A stretch of DNA of 64,000 nt, taken from contig OZ241889.1 of NCBI GenBank assembly GCA_965203355.1, positions 96,001 through 160,000 of the forward strand, given 5' to 3'. The position numbers and the translations under genes were made by a program. Below the pieces are notes generated by a model. That model was not told the origin of the DNA. It saw nothing but the letters and a program-made list of their open reading frames with translations, and searched no databases. Below, piece by piece: positions 27,635-37,794 of this stretch. This DNA is from Candidatus Latescibacterota bacterium. GTDB lineage: Bacteria > Latescibacterota > UBA2968 > UBA8231. The first letter of the stretch is position 1. Every line of letters starts with the position of its first letter.

Positions 27635-29740
27635 CTACGTCACCGACACTTCGTACGGACCGGCCCGCCGCAACACCATCACCACCCGCTCCTCTTCGCT
27701 GATCAGCTCTTGCACGTAGGAGTTGGGGTGGGCCTTTTCGTTGCGCCACACGGTCTCGCCGTTGATTTCGATTTGGGGAAAGCGTTTGTCGCAGCGGGGT
27801 ACGGACAGGTGCGTTTCGCCATCGTGCGGCACGGACAGGCGCGCGGAAAAACCGCCGCCATACGCCCCCCAAGCAACCTCGACATCACCGTGCGGCGTGG
27901 GCACGATGCCCTCGGCGCGTTCGAGCCCGGACCGTTGCGGCCGAATCTCCAAGCCACCCTCGGCCCTAAGCGCAACGCCTAGCACATGCGTCGCCAACAA
28001 GCTCTCCGGCCCCGGCTGCGCGACCAACGACTTGGTCTTCTCCTCCCAGGTCTGGCCTAGGCGCGCCAGCAAGCGGACCCATTTTCTCTGTACGTAAGCC
28101 AAAGCCGCCGCGTCTGCACCGGCCCGCCACAGCGCCCCGGCGACGAAAAACGCCTGCCACAAATCGTCTTCTGACGCCGAGCTGGCCGATAGGTGCTGCG
28201 CCACGCGCACCTGTTGTCGCGGATTGACCAAAGCAAAGTAGAGCACCAAGGCATTCGTCCAGCGGCTGCAATCATCGCCGCCAGCCGCATCGGCAAAAAG
28301 CCCTTGCTCTTCGCGCCAAGCGGCTTGCAGGGCTTTGCACGCTCGGTGATGGGCGCGTGCGCATTGGGCCGCTTGCTGGCGGTCGCCAATGCGCCGACAC
28401 AAGGCCGCAACGGCCAGCCAAGCTCCCGCCTGCAAAGCGACAGTAGTAGTAGCCGACACGCCCTCAGCCTCGGCCGCTTGCAAGCTGTTCACTAGGTTCG
28501 CTAGCCGCTCGGCAGTCAATCGGTCGCCGCTGTATCGCTGCGCCAGCTCGACGAACAAGGCGTAGAAACAGGCCTGTTCTCGGTCGAGCGGCAGCGCGCT
28601 ACCAGCCAGTACGGCGCGCAGGGTATCCACGCTGCCAGTCGCGGACAAATCGTTCATGGCCCAAACGTAGAACCAGCCCCAGTTGGGCCGGCCTGCACCG
28701 AGGACGTACCCCTCTTGGCGGCTAGCAGCTAAGGTTTGCTCCCCAATCCGCCACAGCCGCTCCCAGTCTTCGCCCGCGGTTGTAAAGCACCCGCGCGACT
28801 CGACGACTACGCGCCGCTCCACCAGCGCGACACTATCTACTTGTATGTTTTCTGGACACGATCCGATCCGCACCACTACGTAGCGGCACGTCGCCAACTG
28901 CGGCGAGATCCACTCCTGCAATCCGCGGCCGCACACGTAGCGCAAGCGCGATTGCACCGCACCCGAAGTGCGTACAAAACCTAGGTCAATGACCACGCCG
29001 GCTTGGCCCCGCAGCCGCAGACGGGGGTACCCGCAGAGCAATCGTCCGAAGTCCAAGACCAAGTATGCGGCCCGCGCTTCGTCTGTTGTCCGCACCAAGG
29101 AATGCGTTTTGCCGCCGGTCAGGAACGCTTCTCGCCGCACGCATTTGGCGGTCTGCATGGCCCCGGGGGAAGCGACCCATTCGATCGCGCCCTCGCTAGC
29201 CACCTCGCCAAAAGCCACCACCTCCCGCGCCCACACCATGCTTTCCTCAGCGGGCAACGGAGACCAATCTCTCGGCCCGGCTCCGGCCACCACCGTGGCT
29301 TCCCTCCACCCCGCAAATCGCCCTTTGGCCCACTCAGCCGGTGCCAGCACGGCCACATAGCTAGCCGGCTCCCAAGCATCGGCCGGCCGCACCTGCCACG
29401 GCGCACCCGAGTAAAGCACCTGCTCAATCCCGTCGCTGCGCTCGATCTTGGCCTCAGCGCGAAACCAGTCTGCCGTGCCGCAGCCGATGGCAAGGACCAA
29501 CAGCACATTTTCGCCTTCCCGCAGCGCAGCGTCCAACGCGAATCGCTCCCACATGGCCACTTCGGCCACCGCTGGTCCCAATCCCCGGCCCACTCGCTCG
29601 CCGTTCAAGTACACCTCGTATGGCCCACTCGCAGCACAGCGCAGCAACCCTTTGGCTGCTGCGCTGTGCAGGTAGAATTTGAGGCGGATGTACACGGCCA
29701 GCGCGGCCGGATGCCATATAGCTTGCGAGCGCATACTCAA
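27635..29740 (-). CDS. Alpha-L-rhamnosidase (GH78)-like protein, apparently degenerate
   Basis: YEVYLNGERVGRG, LDFGR, WTNAL, C-terminal VPTPHGDVEVAW; DCP-x-RER catalytic segment not seen. Confidence 0.65.
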   Translation of the reverse strand: MSMRSQAIWHPAALAVYIRLKFYLHSAAAKGLLRCAASGPYEVYLNGERVGRGLGPAVAEVAMWERFALDAALREGENVLLVLAIGCGTADWFRAEAKIERSDGIEQVLYSGAPWQVRPADAWEPASYVAVLAPAEWAKGRFAGWREATVVAGAGPRDWSPLPAEESMVWAREVVAFGEVASEGAIEWVASPGAMQTAKCVRREAFLTGGKTHSLVRTTDEARAAYLVLDFGRLLCGYPRLRLRGQAGVVIDLGFVRTSGAVQSRLRYVCGRGLQEWISPQLATCRYVVVRIGSCPENIQVDSVALVERRVVVESRGCFTTAGEDWERLWRIGEQTLAASRQEGYVLGAGRPNWGWFYVWAMNDLSATGSVDTLRAVLAGSALPLDREQACFYALFVELAQRYSGDRLTAERLANLVNSLQAAEAEGVSATTTVALQAGAWLAVAALCRRIGDRQQAAQCARAHHRACKALQAAWREEQGLFADAAGGDDCSRWTNALVLYFALVNPRQQVRVAQHLSASSASEDDLWQAFFVAGALWRAGADAAALAYVQRKWVRLLARLGQTWEEKTKSLVAQPGPESLLATHVLGVALRAEGGLEIRPQRSGLERAEGIVPTPHGDVEVAWGAYGGGFSARLSVPHDGETHLSVPRCDKRFPQIEINGETVWRNEKAHPNSYVQELISEEERVVMVLRRAGPYEVSVT

Positions 29741-31176
29741 TTTGCGGGCATTCGCAATCCCACCAGCCGCGTCCCCCGTTGCCCCAGCACCTGCATCATA
29801 AACGTGTCCCCCGGCTCAATCTCCGCCAACGCATCCTCAAAATTTTCCACGGTTTTCACCTGTCGGCGGTAGATCGTCTGAGTTTCCTCCTGCTTGTGGC
29901 CGATCGCCTGAATGAGCATGCCTCGTTGCAAACCCCGTCGCGCCGCCTCACTGCCCCGTTTCACGCGCGCGATCACCACGCCGTTCTCGTCCTCGTATCC
30001 TAGACGCTGGGCTAGCTCACCGGTCAGTTCTTGGACCTTCAGCCCCAACTCCTCTTGTTCTCCAACGGCGTCATCGCGCGGGAGACCGGCGGTCAGCGCT
30101 TCTTCAGTCAGCATCTCCAACTCGACTTTAATGCGTTTCTCTTTGCCATCGCGCAGCACCTCCAACTCGATGTTGGTCCCCGGTGCCGTACGCCCAATCC
30201 GATTTCTCAGTTCGACTACGTTGTGCATGGGTTGACCATCAACAGCAATCACTATATCGCCAACCTCAACCCCGGCTTTATCTGCTGCTCCCCCGGACGT
30301 CACTTTCTCGATCACCACGCCATAAGGACGATCCAAGCCCATAGTCTCGGCCACCAGTGGATCCAAACTGCCAATATGCACCCCGAGTAAGCCTCGTCGT
30401 ACTTCCCCGTGCTCGAGCAACTGGGCGACTACGTGCTTGACCAAATTGATCGGAATGGCAAAGCCAAGCCCTATATTGCCGCCGCCGCGGCTGACGATGG
30501 CCGTGTTGATCCCGACGAGTTCGCCGCGCAGGTTGACCAGTGCCCCGCCGCTGTTGCCCGGATTGATCGCCGCGTCGGTCTGAATGAAAGAGCCGTACTC
30601 GCCAAAGAAGCGTCCCCGCCCCAAGGCGCTGATGATGCCGGTAGAAACCGAATGGGTAAATCCTATGGGGTTTCCTATGGCCATCACCCATTCGCCCTCT
30701 CGAAGCTGGTCCGAGTCGCCCAGCGCGACCGCTGGCAAATCTTCGGCATCAACCGCGAGCACGGCGATGTCGCTCAGGGAATCGCGACCGACAACCTCGG
30801 CCGCAAAAAAGCGCGAATCCGTCATCTCGACGCGGATATTGTCGGCATAGCGAATCACGTGATTGTTGGTGATAAGGTACTGATCGCCGTTGAAGTGGAT
30901 GATTACGCCCGAGCCTTGGCCATCGCGTTCGCGTGGCATGTCAGGCAATTCAAAGAAGTCTTCCCAAGGGGTGCCGCGAAAGGGGGAGCGCCCTTCGACA
31001 TTGACCGTGCCCTCCGTGGTGATTTTTACGACGCCGGGCTTGACTTGCGCGACGACCTCGGCAAAGCCATCGCTCATCTGGCGCAAAAACGGCGAGTGCT
31101 CGCTGGCTTGGGCGCGATCAGATGCCGCGAGGCTTAAAAGGCTTAAAATGAACAGGGAACAGCACAACCTCCGCAT
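29737..31176 (-). CDS. degP: DegP/HtrA (Do) serine protease with two PDZ domains
   Basis: TNNHV, SDIAV, IQTDAAINPGNSGG; signal peptide. Confidence 0.93.
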   Translation of the reverse strand: MRRLCCSLFILSLLSLAASDRAQASEHSPFLRQMSDGFAEVVAQVKPGVVKITTEGTVNVEGRSPFRGTPWEDFFELPDMPRERDGQGSGVIIHFNGDQYLITNNHVIRYADNIRVEMTDSRFFAAEVVGRDSLSDIAVLAVDAEDLPAVALGDSDQLREGEWVMAIGNPIGFTHSVSTGIISALGRGRFFGEYGSFIQTDAAINPGNSGGALVNLRGELVGINTAIVSRGGGNIGLGFAIPINLVKHVVAQLLEHGEVRRGLLGVHIGSLDPLVAETMGLDRPYGVVIEKVTSGGAADKAGVEVGDIVIAVDGQPMHNVVELRNRIGRTAPGTNIELEVLRDGKEKRIKVELEMLTEEALTAGLPRDDAVGEQEELGLKVQELTGELAQRLGYEDENGVVIARVKRGSEAARRGLQRGMLIQAIGHKQEETQTIYRRQVKTVENFEDALAEIEPGDTFMMQVLGQRGTRLVGLRMPAN

Positions 31177-31247
31177 GGTATTTCCTCTCTGAAAAAAGTG
31201 TAAAAATACGGATATTTATCAATATCCACAAAAAGAGACGACAAGGG

Positions 31248-33863
31248 CTAAATTTCGGTTCCCGCTTCCTGCGGCTGGTGCCGCACGGCCAGTTGCCCTT
31301 CTTCGAGTATCACCTCAACCCGCGACCCCTCGGGCATGTCACCGGCCACCACCAAGCGCGCGATCTGCGTTTCGAGCGCGCGCTGCAAAAACCGCTTGAG
31401 CGGCCGAGCACCATAGACCGGATCGAAACCTGCGTGGGCAATGTGCCGACGCGCCGGTGTAGTGACCGCTAGCTCAATGCGCTTTGCCGCCAGCCGCTGG
31501 CGCAACTCGGCAATCAGCAACTCGACGATCGCCTCGATCTCGGCCAAGGTCAGCGGCTTGAAGAGCACCACGTCGTCGATCCGGTTGAGAAACTCCGGGC
31601 GAAAGTGCGCCCGCAACTCGCCCATGACCTGCTCGCGCACGGACTCGGCGATCGCCCCTTGCGGCGTCAGGCCCTCAACCAAGTGCGGCGAGCCAATGTT
31701 GGAAGTCATAATCACCACGACGTTCTTAAAATCCACCACCCGACCCTGCGCATCGGTGAGCCGCCCGTCGTCCAAAAGCTGCAACAGTGCGTTAAAAACG
31801 TCCGGGTGGGCCTTTTCGATCTCGTCGAACAGCACTACCGAGTACGGTTTGCGGCGCACGGCCTCCGTTAGTTGGCCGCCCTCCTCGTAGCCCACGTACC
31901 CGGGCGGCGCACCCAACAGCTTGGACACCGAGTGCTTTTCCATGTACTCGCTCATGTCTAAGCGCACCATGTTTTCCTCGGCGTCGAACAGGGCTTGCGC
32001 TAGGGCCTTGGCCAGCTCGGTTTTGCCCACGCCGGTCGGTCCCAAGAACACGAAGGAGCCGATTGGCTTTTGCTCGTCTTTGATGCCGGCGCGCGCCCGC
32101 ATCACGGCGTCGGCGACCAAGCTCACGGCCTCGTCTTGGCCCACGACTCGCTGGTGCAAGGTCCGGTCCAGGCGCGCCAGTTTCTCGCGCTCCCCTTCGG
32201 TCAGCCTCTGTAGCGGGATGCCGGTCCAACGCGCGACAATGGCGGCCACCTCCTCTTGGGTGACTTCCTCGCGCAGCAGCCGCGGGCCACCGTCTTCGGC
32301 CGCTTGCTGCGCCGCGGCGAGCTGCCGCTCCAGTTCCGGCAATTTTCCGTGTTTCAGTTCGGCCGCGCGATTCAGGTCGTATTGGCGCTCGGCTTCTTCG
32401 ATTTGATGCCGCACTTGCTCGATTTCCTCGCGCAACGACCGCTCGCCCACAAGAGACGCGTGCTCCTCCTCCCACTGGGCGCGCAGAGCACCGGCCCGTG
32501 CCTTGAGGTCGGCCAGTTCCTTGCGCAGGTTTTCGAGGCGCTCTTCGCTGGTTTTGTCCTGCTCCTTTTTTAGCGCGGCTTCCTCAATCTCTAACTGCAT
32601 AACCCGGCGTTCCACCTGGTCCAGTTCGGTTGGCACCGAGTCGATCTCCGTGCGCACGGTGGCGCACGCCTCGTCGATTAGGTCGATGGCCTTGTCTGGC
32701 AGGAAACGGTCCGAGATGTAGCGATTGGACAGCACCACGGCATCGACCAAGGCATTGTCTTGAATGCGCACACCGTGATGGACCTCGAATCGCTCGCGCA
32801 AGCCCCGCAGGATCGAGATCGAATCTTCTACAGTGGGAGCGTCTATCAGCACCGGCTGGAAGCGCCGCTCCAGCGCGGCGTCCTTTTCGATGTGCCGACG
32901 GTGTTCGTCGAGCGTGGTCGCGCCGATGCAGTGCAGCTCGCCGCGAGCCAACATGGGCTTGAGCATATTGCCGGCGTCGGTCGAGCCTTCGGTCTTGCCC
33001 GCGCCGACGATGGTGTGCAACTCGTCGATAAAGAGCAAGATACGGCCCTCGCTGGCGCGGATTTCGTCGAGCACGGCTTTGAGCCGCTCTTCAAACTCGC
33101 CCCGGTATTTGGCTCCGGCCATCAGGGCTCCCAGGTCCAGCGCGAAGATCGTCTGATTCTGCATCCACTCGGGCACATCGCCGCGCACGATGCGCTGGGC
33201 CAAGCCCTCGACGATCGCGGTTTTGCCCACGCCAGGCTCGCCGATGAGCACTGGGTTGTTCTTGGTCTTGCGCGAGAGGATGCGGATGGTGCGGCGGATC
33301 TCTTCGTCGCGCCCAATCACTGGATCGAGCCGACCCGCACGTGCCTGCGCCACCAAGTCGATTCCATAGCGCGCAAGGGCCTCATAGGTGGCTTCGGGCG
33401 TCGCGCTCTGTACGCGCTGAGTACCGCGCACCTCGGCCAACGCCTGCAAGAAGCGGTCGCGCGTGATGCCAGCCTCGCTCAAGGCGCGACCGGCGGCCGT
33501 GCCTGCGCTTTCCGCTATAAACGCCAGGGCGCAGTGCTCCGCCGAAACGTATTCGTCCTTTAGGCCAGCGGCTTCCTCCTCGGCTTGGCGCAAGAGGTCT
33601 TGCAGCCGCCGCGTCGCATATATTTCGACGCCTTTGCCGGAAACCCGCGGGCGGCTATCTAACGAGCGCACCAAGGCCGGGCCCAACCGCTGATCCGCAC
33701 GGTCAATGCGCCGCACAATGCGCGGCAGGACGCCTTCTTCCTGTTCGAGCAGCGCCCAAAGCAGGTGCTCGCCATCCACTTCGCCGTGCTGGCGGCGCCG
33801 GGCTTGGTGTTGGGCTTCTTGCAGGGCTTCCTGCAATTTGTGGGTGAATTTACTGGTATTCAT
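31248..33863 (-). CDS. clpB: ATP-dependent disaggregase ClpB
   Basis: GEPGVGKT and GPTGVGKT, long coiled-coil M domain, [15 protein letters not shown]. Confidence 0.97.
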   Translation of the reverse strand: MNTSKFTHKLQEALQEAQHQARRRQHGEVDGEHLLWALLEQEEGVLPRIVRRIDRADQRLGPALVRSLDSRPRVSGKGVEIYATRRLQDLLRQAEEEAAGLKDEYVSAEHCALAFIAESAGTAAGRALSEAGITRDRFLQALAEVRGTQRVQSATPEATYEALARYGIDLVAQARAGRLDPVIGRDEEIRRTIRILSRKTKNNPVLIGEPGVGKTAIVEGLAQRIVRGDVPEWMQNQTIFALDLGALMAGAKYRGEFEERLKAVLDEIRASEGRILLFIDELHTIVGAGKTEGSTDAGNMLKPMLARGELHCIGATTLDEHRRHIEKDAALERRFQPVLIDAPTVEDSISILRGLRERFEVHHGVRIQDNALVDAVVLSNRYISDRFLPDKAIDLIDEACATVRTEIDSVPTELDQVERRVMQLEIEEAALKKEQDKTSEERLENLRKELADLKARAGALRAQWEEEHASLVGERSLREEIEQVRHQIEEAERQYDLNRAAELKHGKLPELERQLAAAQQAAEDGGPRLLREEVTQEEVAAIVARWTGIPLQRLTEGEREKLARLDRTLHQRVVGQDEAVSLVADAVMRARAGIKDEQKPIGSFVFLGPTGVGKTELAKALAQALFDAEENMVRLDMSEYMEKHSVSKLLGAPPGYVGYEEGGQLTEAVRRKPYSVVLFDEIEKAHPDVFNALLQLLDDGRLTDAQGRVVDFKNVVVIMTSNIGSPHLVEGLTPQGAIAESVREQVMGELRAHFRPEFLNRIDDVVLFKPLTLAEIEAIVELLIAELRQRLAAKRIELAVTTPARRHIAHAGFDPVYGARPLKRFLQRALETQIARLVVAGDMPEGSRVEVILEEGQLAVRHQPQEAGTEI

Positions 33864-33905
33864 GTCGGTCTCCTTGCAAAAGTTGGTTTTGCCGGTCCGA
33901 ATAAG

Positions 33906-33922
33906 GGCAAATATCGTACCAA
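33906..33922 (-). promoter_or_regulatory. Sigma54 (-24/-12) promoter of clpB
   Basis: TTGGTACGATATTTGCC on the minus strand = GG-N10-GC, about 45 nt upstream of the start. Confidence 0.65.
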
Positions 33923-33999
33923 CGCCGATATGTTCCACTTTTGACACACATTGCCTCGCCGATAGGACATTGTGGCATGGATTTTGCGATAAGTAACAC

Positions 34000-34034
34000 A
34001 AAAGGCCCGCTGAACCTGAAATTCAGCGGGCCTT
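34000..34034 (-). terminator. Intrinsic terminator after the lipoprotein gene
   Basis: 13-bp stem AAGGCCCGCTGAA/TTCAGCGGGCCTT ending in a T run on the minus strand. Confidence 0.75.
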
Positions 34035-34056
34035 CTGCAACTGATGTTGGTTCGAT

Positions 34057-34491
34057 TTAGTCGGTCCCTTCTTTTCGGCAAAACCCTTGCTCAACCATTA
34101 TTGTGTGTGGGGTCTTTTCCATTCGCTGCCAGACGGTTCGACGGCCTTCTTCACTTCCATTGACGGTCATGCGACCATTGGCGATCTCGAATTGTCCAGT
34201 GAAGACGACGGAGTTTTTTGAGTGCGGAAAGAGAGTAATGGAAATCTTATTATGGTTGACTTCCCATTCGCCGTTCATCGAGAGACATTCAGTTGGTCCT
34301 AAACGAAGGCCGCTGAAACCGCCATCTTCGCGGATTTCCCACACTTGCACTGGCGGCAGGTCGGCAAATACCATAGAGTCCGGGCTTACTATCTGCCAGA
34401 AGCCGACCGGGGCAGCACCCGTATTAACGGGCGACTGGTCGCAAGATAAAAAGCTGACCAAGAAGATTAGGGCACTAGCTTTTGTTCGCAT
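34057..34491 (-). CDS. Small lipoprotein, lipocalin-like beta fold
   Basis: Lipobox-like FLSC; PVGFWQ and GEWEV motifs. Confidence 0.6.
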   Translation of the reverse strand: MRTKASALIFLVSFLSCDQSPVNTGAAPVGFWQIVSPDSMVFADLPPVQVWEIREDGGFSGLRLGPTECLSMNGEWEVNHNKISITLFPHSKNSVVFTGQFEIANGRMTVNGSEEGRRTVWQRMEKTPHTIMVEQGFCRKEGTD

Positions 34492-34578
34492 TTCGCTTCT
34501 TGAGACACGATCTCTACTTATCGGCGTGTGGATGTGCTTTCCCGGGGGTAATTCTCGCGTTGGTATTGGATTGTCGCT

Positions 34579-36021
34579 CTAGACGAGACTCAAGCGAAAG
34601 AACATCACAGCAACGGCCGTGCCCTTCGCGATTCCCGGTAGGAGACCGCCGCGCACGGCCAGGCTGGTCTCCAAGAAGCGGACCTGCATGGACGACACCA
34701 CAAATGGGCCGAAGGCAAAGCCGACCGCTGCGCTGCTGCTCCGCCCGCCCAGCGACAGGCCGATGCGGGTCGGCAACCAGTCCGCCAGCCAATACTCGAC
34801 TCCACCGGCCAGCCGCGGCCGAGTCCGCATCCCAAACCTAGAGCCGAACGCCTGGTCCCAATTGCCAACCACCGTTAGCTGGGGCTTGGCCTGATGGGCT
34901 ATTCCGAGCCGCAGCAGGGCCGGCAGCGTGCGCGAGAAAGGCTTTTGGCTGATCTGTTTGGTAAAGTCTGGATCGCCGTCGCCATCGAAATCCGGGTGGT
35001 CGAACACTTCCTCGATGGATCGCGAGTCCGCGTCCAAGAAGCGGGAGATGCGCAGTTCGTTGGTCGCGAGGAAAATGGAATCTTGGCGCACGCCCTCGCG
35101 CCAAGAGAACGCGTCGAGCAAGTTGAGCGCACTAAAGCTGAAGGTCGTCTTGCGGCTTTTGCTCCGGCCAGCCATGCCAACATCGAGGCCAACGCCAAAG
35201 CCCAAGCGGGCGTGCTGGGCAATCAGCCAAGCGTCCGCCTCAGCACCGCCGACGCGCGCCACCAGCCCGGTGCCGCCGGATTCGATGATTTCTCCATAGG
35301 TACCCAGCGAGAACTTGAGCGTGCTACCAACTGTGAACTCGCTTAGATAGGGCGCGAGACGAGCAGGCATCGCCGGCTTCGCCGCAGCGACATTGAGCGT
35401 ACCCACGGCCCATCCCGATCCATTCCAATCGCTGACGTCGTACCCTTCGCTCTTGCCGACTGCCAAGCGATCTTCCGCAAACTCGTTGCCAAAAAAGAAC
35501 AATTCCAACACGTCTTTGGGAATTTCGCTCTCGATCCCACTGGTAAATCCCACGGCAATGGCCGAGCGCACATCCCCGAGGGCAAAGGCCACGCCCCCAT
35601 TGAGCGGGAGGCCGGCGACGAGCGTCGGCTCAATATCCCCGTTCATGCGCAGGCCCGCGTCCGGGATGTCGGCGAGCAGCTTTTTTTTCTCCACCGAGCT
35701 GATGTAATACGGACTGCCGTTGGGAGATACCTTCTCATTGGCAGCCGTGAAGTGGGCGTTGTACGTGGCAACCGAAAAACTGTTGTTTTCGGCCGCCACG
35801 CAAAGGCCCGCGCCGAGCAAATCCCAAGAAAACTGGCGGCTGCTCCCCAGGGCTAAATTCGCTGGATTCCAGAAAACGGCTTCCGGCCCGCGGGCTAAGG
35901 CCGTATAAGCTTGGCCCAGTGCTAGTGCCCGCGGGCTGGCGTCGCCGGGAACGGCAGCCGCCTGTCTGTAGGCCCCGGCGACGAGCAGGGCCGCGAAAAC
36001 GATCAATCCCTTGCCTTGCAC
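34579..36021 (-). CDS. Outer-membrane beta-barrel protein (DUF5723/TraF/FadL-like)
   Basis: Signal peptide; RALALGQAYTALARG..WNPANL plug-like start; GLDVG; GVEY; DFDGDGD loop. Confidence 0.7.
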   Translation of the reverse strand: MQGKGLIVFAALLVAGAYRQAAAVPGDASPRALALGQAYTALARGPEAVFWNPANLALGSSRQFSWDLLGAGLCVAAENNSFSVATYNAHFTAANEKVSPNGSPYYISSVEKKKLLADIPDAGLRMNGDIEPTLVAGLPLNGGVAFALGDVRSAIAVGFTSGIESEIPKDVLELFFFGNEFAEDRLAVGKSEGYDVSDWNGSGWAVGTLNVAAAKPAMPARLAPYLSEFTVGSTLKFSLGTYGEIIESGGTGLVARVGGAEADAWLIAQHARLGFGVGLDVGMAGRSKSRKTTFSFSALNLLDAFSWREGVRQDSIFLATNELRISRFLDADSRSIEEVFDHPDFDGDGDPDFTKQISQKPFSRTLPALLRLGIAHQAKPQLTVVGNWDQAFGSRFGMRTRPRLAGGVEYWLADWLPTRIGLSLGGRSSSAAVGFAFGPFVVSSMQVRFLETSLAVRGGLLPGIAKGTAVAVMFFRLSLV

Positions 36022-36028
36022 TGGTGCC

Positions 36029-37588
36029 CTACTTGACCAAGCCCTCGTTGAATTCCATAAAAATCACCGCCCCAGCTTCCACGGCGACGAAATCACTCGC
36101 CCGCATTGCGACCTCGCACGGCGTCTTATCCAGTTTGACCAGTATGCCCGTATAGACGCCCTCCTCCCGTAGAAAGACCTCCACGTCGTCGCCTGCGAGC
36201 GCGATCCGTTGGTGGCTGAATACACTTGCCACAACCTGCCCTTCCGGGCCGATGTCGCCCGCATCCACCGCAAAGGAACCCTCCTTGGGAATCCGCAAAT
36301 AGCCCTTGGCCTCGTTGCCGACGAATAGGTCTTCGCTATCGTACAAATCCTCGGCTCTCGGCGCGACCCACAGGCTGACGCGGATGGCGGTGGGCAGGTG
36401 ATTTTCAATCGCGGTAACTACGACGGCACTATCGAGGCTGGCCTGGATGCGCCGACGGGCATTGTCGTCCTGCAAGCGACGAAAGATCGGATCGAACTCA
36501 ATGCGCGTGTCTTCTTCGAGTTGAAAATGGCCCTGCGTGGCAAAGCGCACGTGATCAAGCTGCACCCAATGACTAGCGTCGATCACGGCCGCGGACTCGC
36601 CGTCGCCGATGCGCACGGTCGGCGCGACCACTATCTCGGTCGGCAGCAGGTTGAGAAACTCGGTCAACTCTGCGGAAGCCAGCGACAAGGCCAGCGACGC
36701 TGGATGGTCTGGATCGCCGCGTTGGAACATTTCGGAGATCATCAGGGAACCGTGCTCGCCGTCGCCGTTGGTCCCCTCAATCTGGAGATCAATGCGGCTG
36801 CGGAAACCAACGCCCGATGTCAGGGCGACTTCTAGGGCGGCCGAACCAAAGGCGATATGGTCTAAGCCCGCGGGAAAATTGACGGCGCGCGCGACCGGGG
36901 CGACCGACAGGACCACCTCGTCGAGCACCCCCTCGACGCGGCTAAGGAGCAAGTCTTCGGCCTCCGCTTCTAGCCGGAGCTCGTCGGTGGCACTGGCCTC
37001 GGCAAATTCGCCCTGCACCCGGTATGAGAGCCGCAACTCGCGGGGATTTTGCGGGGCAAATTCGCTGCCAGCCAAGTCAAAGGCCCCCACCTTGCTCTCG
37101 TTGGGAGCCAGATCGTCGATGCGGAGGGCATGGGGCGTACCGTCCGGCCTTTTGACATCGTCCAAGACCAGCTCGACCTGTAAGGAAATCGCGGCTTGGT
37201 TGGTCGCCTTGATGGTCAAGCCGCCCTCGGCGATGACCGCATGCGCGATTTGGATGCGGCCGTCGGCAAAGGCGAGGGCACCGGTCTTGGCAATCTCTGC
37301 ATCAGCCGACCGAATCGGCACCACAAAGGCCGCAGAGACGGGCGCGACGCGCAGACTGTTGCCGACTTTTTCGCGGCGGTTGAAGTCCGCGCTAAAATCT
37401 ACCGCAAGCAGGCCCTCGTCGTCGATCTTCAGAAAGCCAGCGCGCTCGTCGGCCAAGTCCCGAACGGTCGTCCGATCGTCGGCGACCGGGATGCTGATCT
37501 GGAAGTTAGTGCTGGGAATTTGGGGCGGATTCACCTCGCAGCCCGTCAACGCGCTGGCCGCGAGGAGCACGCCCAGTTGTGTGTGCAT
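36029..37588 (-). CDS. Beta-rich lipoprotein paired with the OM barrel
   Basis: Lipobox LTGC; AGAAAGG RBS; alternating beta-strand pattern. Confidence 0.7.
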   Translation of the reverse strand: MHTQLGVLLAASALTGCEVNPPQIPSTNFQISIPVADDRTTVRDLADERAGFLKIDDEGLLAVDFSADFNRREKVGNSLRVAPVSAAFVVPIRSADAEIAKTGALAFADGRIQIAHAVIAEGGLTIKATNQAAISLQVELVLDDVKRPDGTPHALRIDDLAPNESKVGAFDLAGSEFAPQNPRELRLSYRVQGEFAEASATDELRLEAEAEDLLLSRVEGVLDEVVLSVAPVARAVNFPAGLDHIAFGSAALEVALTSGVGFRSRIDLQIEGTNGDGEHGSLMISEMFQRGDPDHPASLALSLASAELTEFLNLLPTEIVVAPTVRIGDGESAAVIDASHWVQLDHVRFATQGHFQLEEDTRIEFDPIFRRLQDDNARRRIQASLDSAVVVTAIENHLPTAIRVSLWVAPRAEDLYDSEDLFVGNEAKGYLRIPKEGSFAVDAGDIGPEGQVVASVFSHQRIALAGDDVEVFLREEGVYTGILVKLDKTPCEVAMRASDFVAVEAGAVIFMEFNEGLVK

Positions 37589-37794
37589 TTGGGCCTTTCT
37601 ATGACGACTGCTCGTCCTACTTCCACAGGGTGGGCTTTTGGATGCCACCCCTAGTCACGGATCTCAGCCTGCACAGGGGTACAACGCCCGTGCCCCGAAG
37701 GGTAAGACCTTACCGATATGTACCTAGGACGTTTCACCGCATCAGCCAAGGCAAAGAACTACGCAGTGATTCGTATTGTAAGGTCGATAGACTA

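Noticed and set aside
31210-31227. Short palindromes (GGATATT-TATC-AATATCC upstream of degP; AAGCGGATCCGCTT at 16641-16654)
   Set aside because: Could be operators, but they are single short occurrences with no recognised consensus such as CIRCE or HAIR
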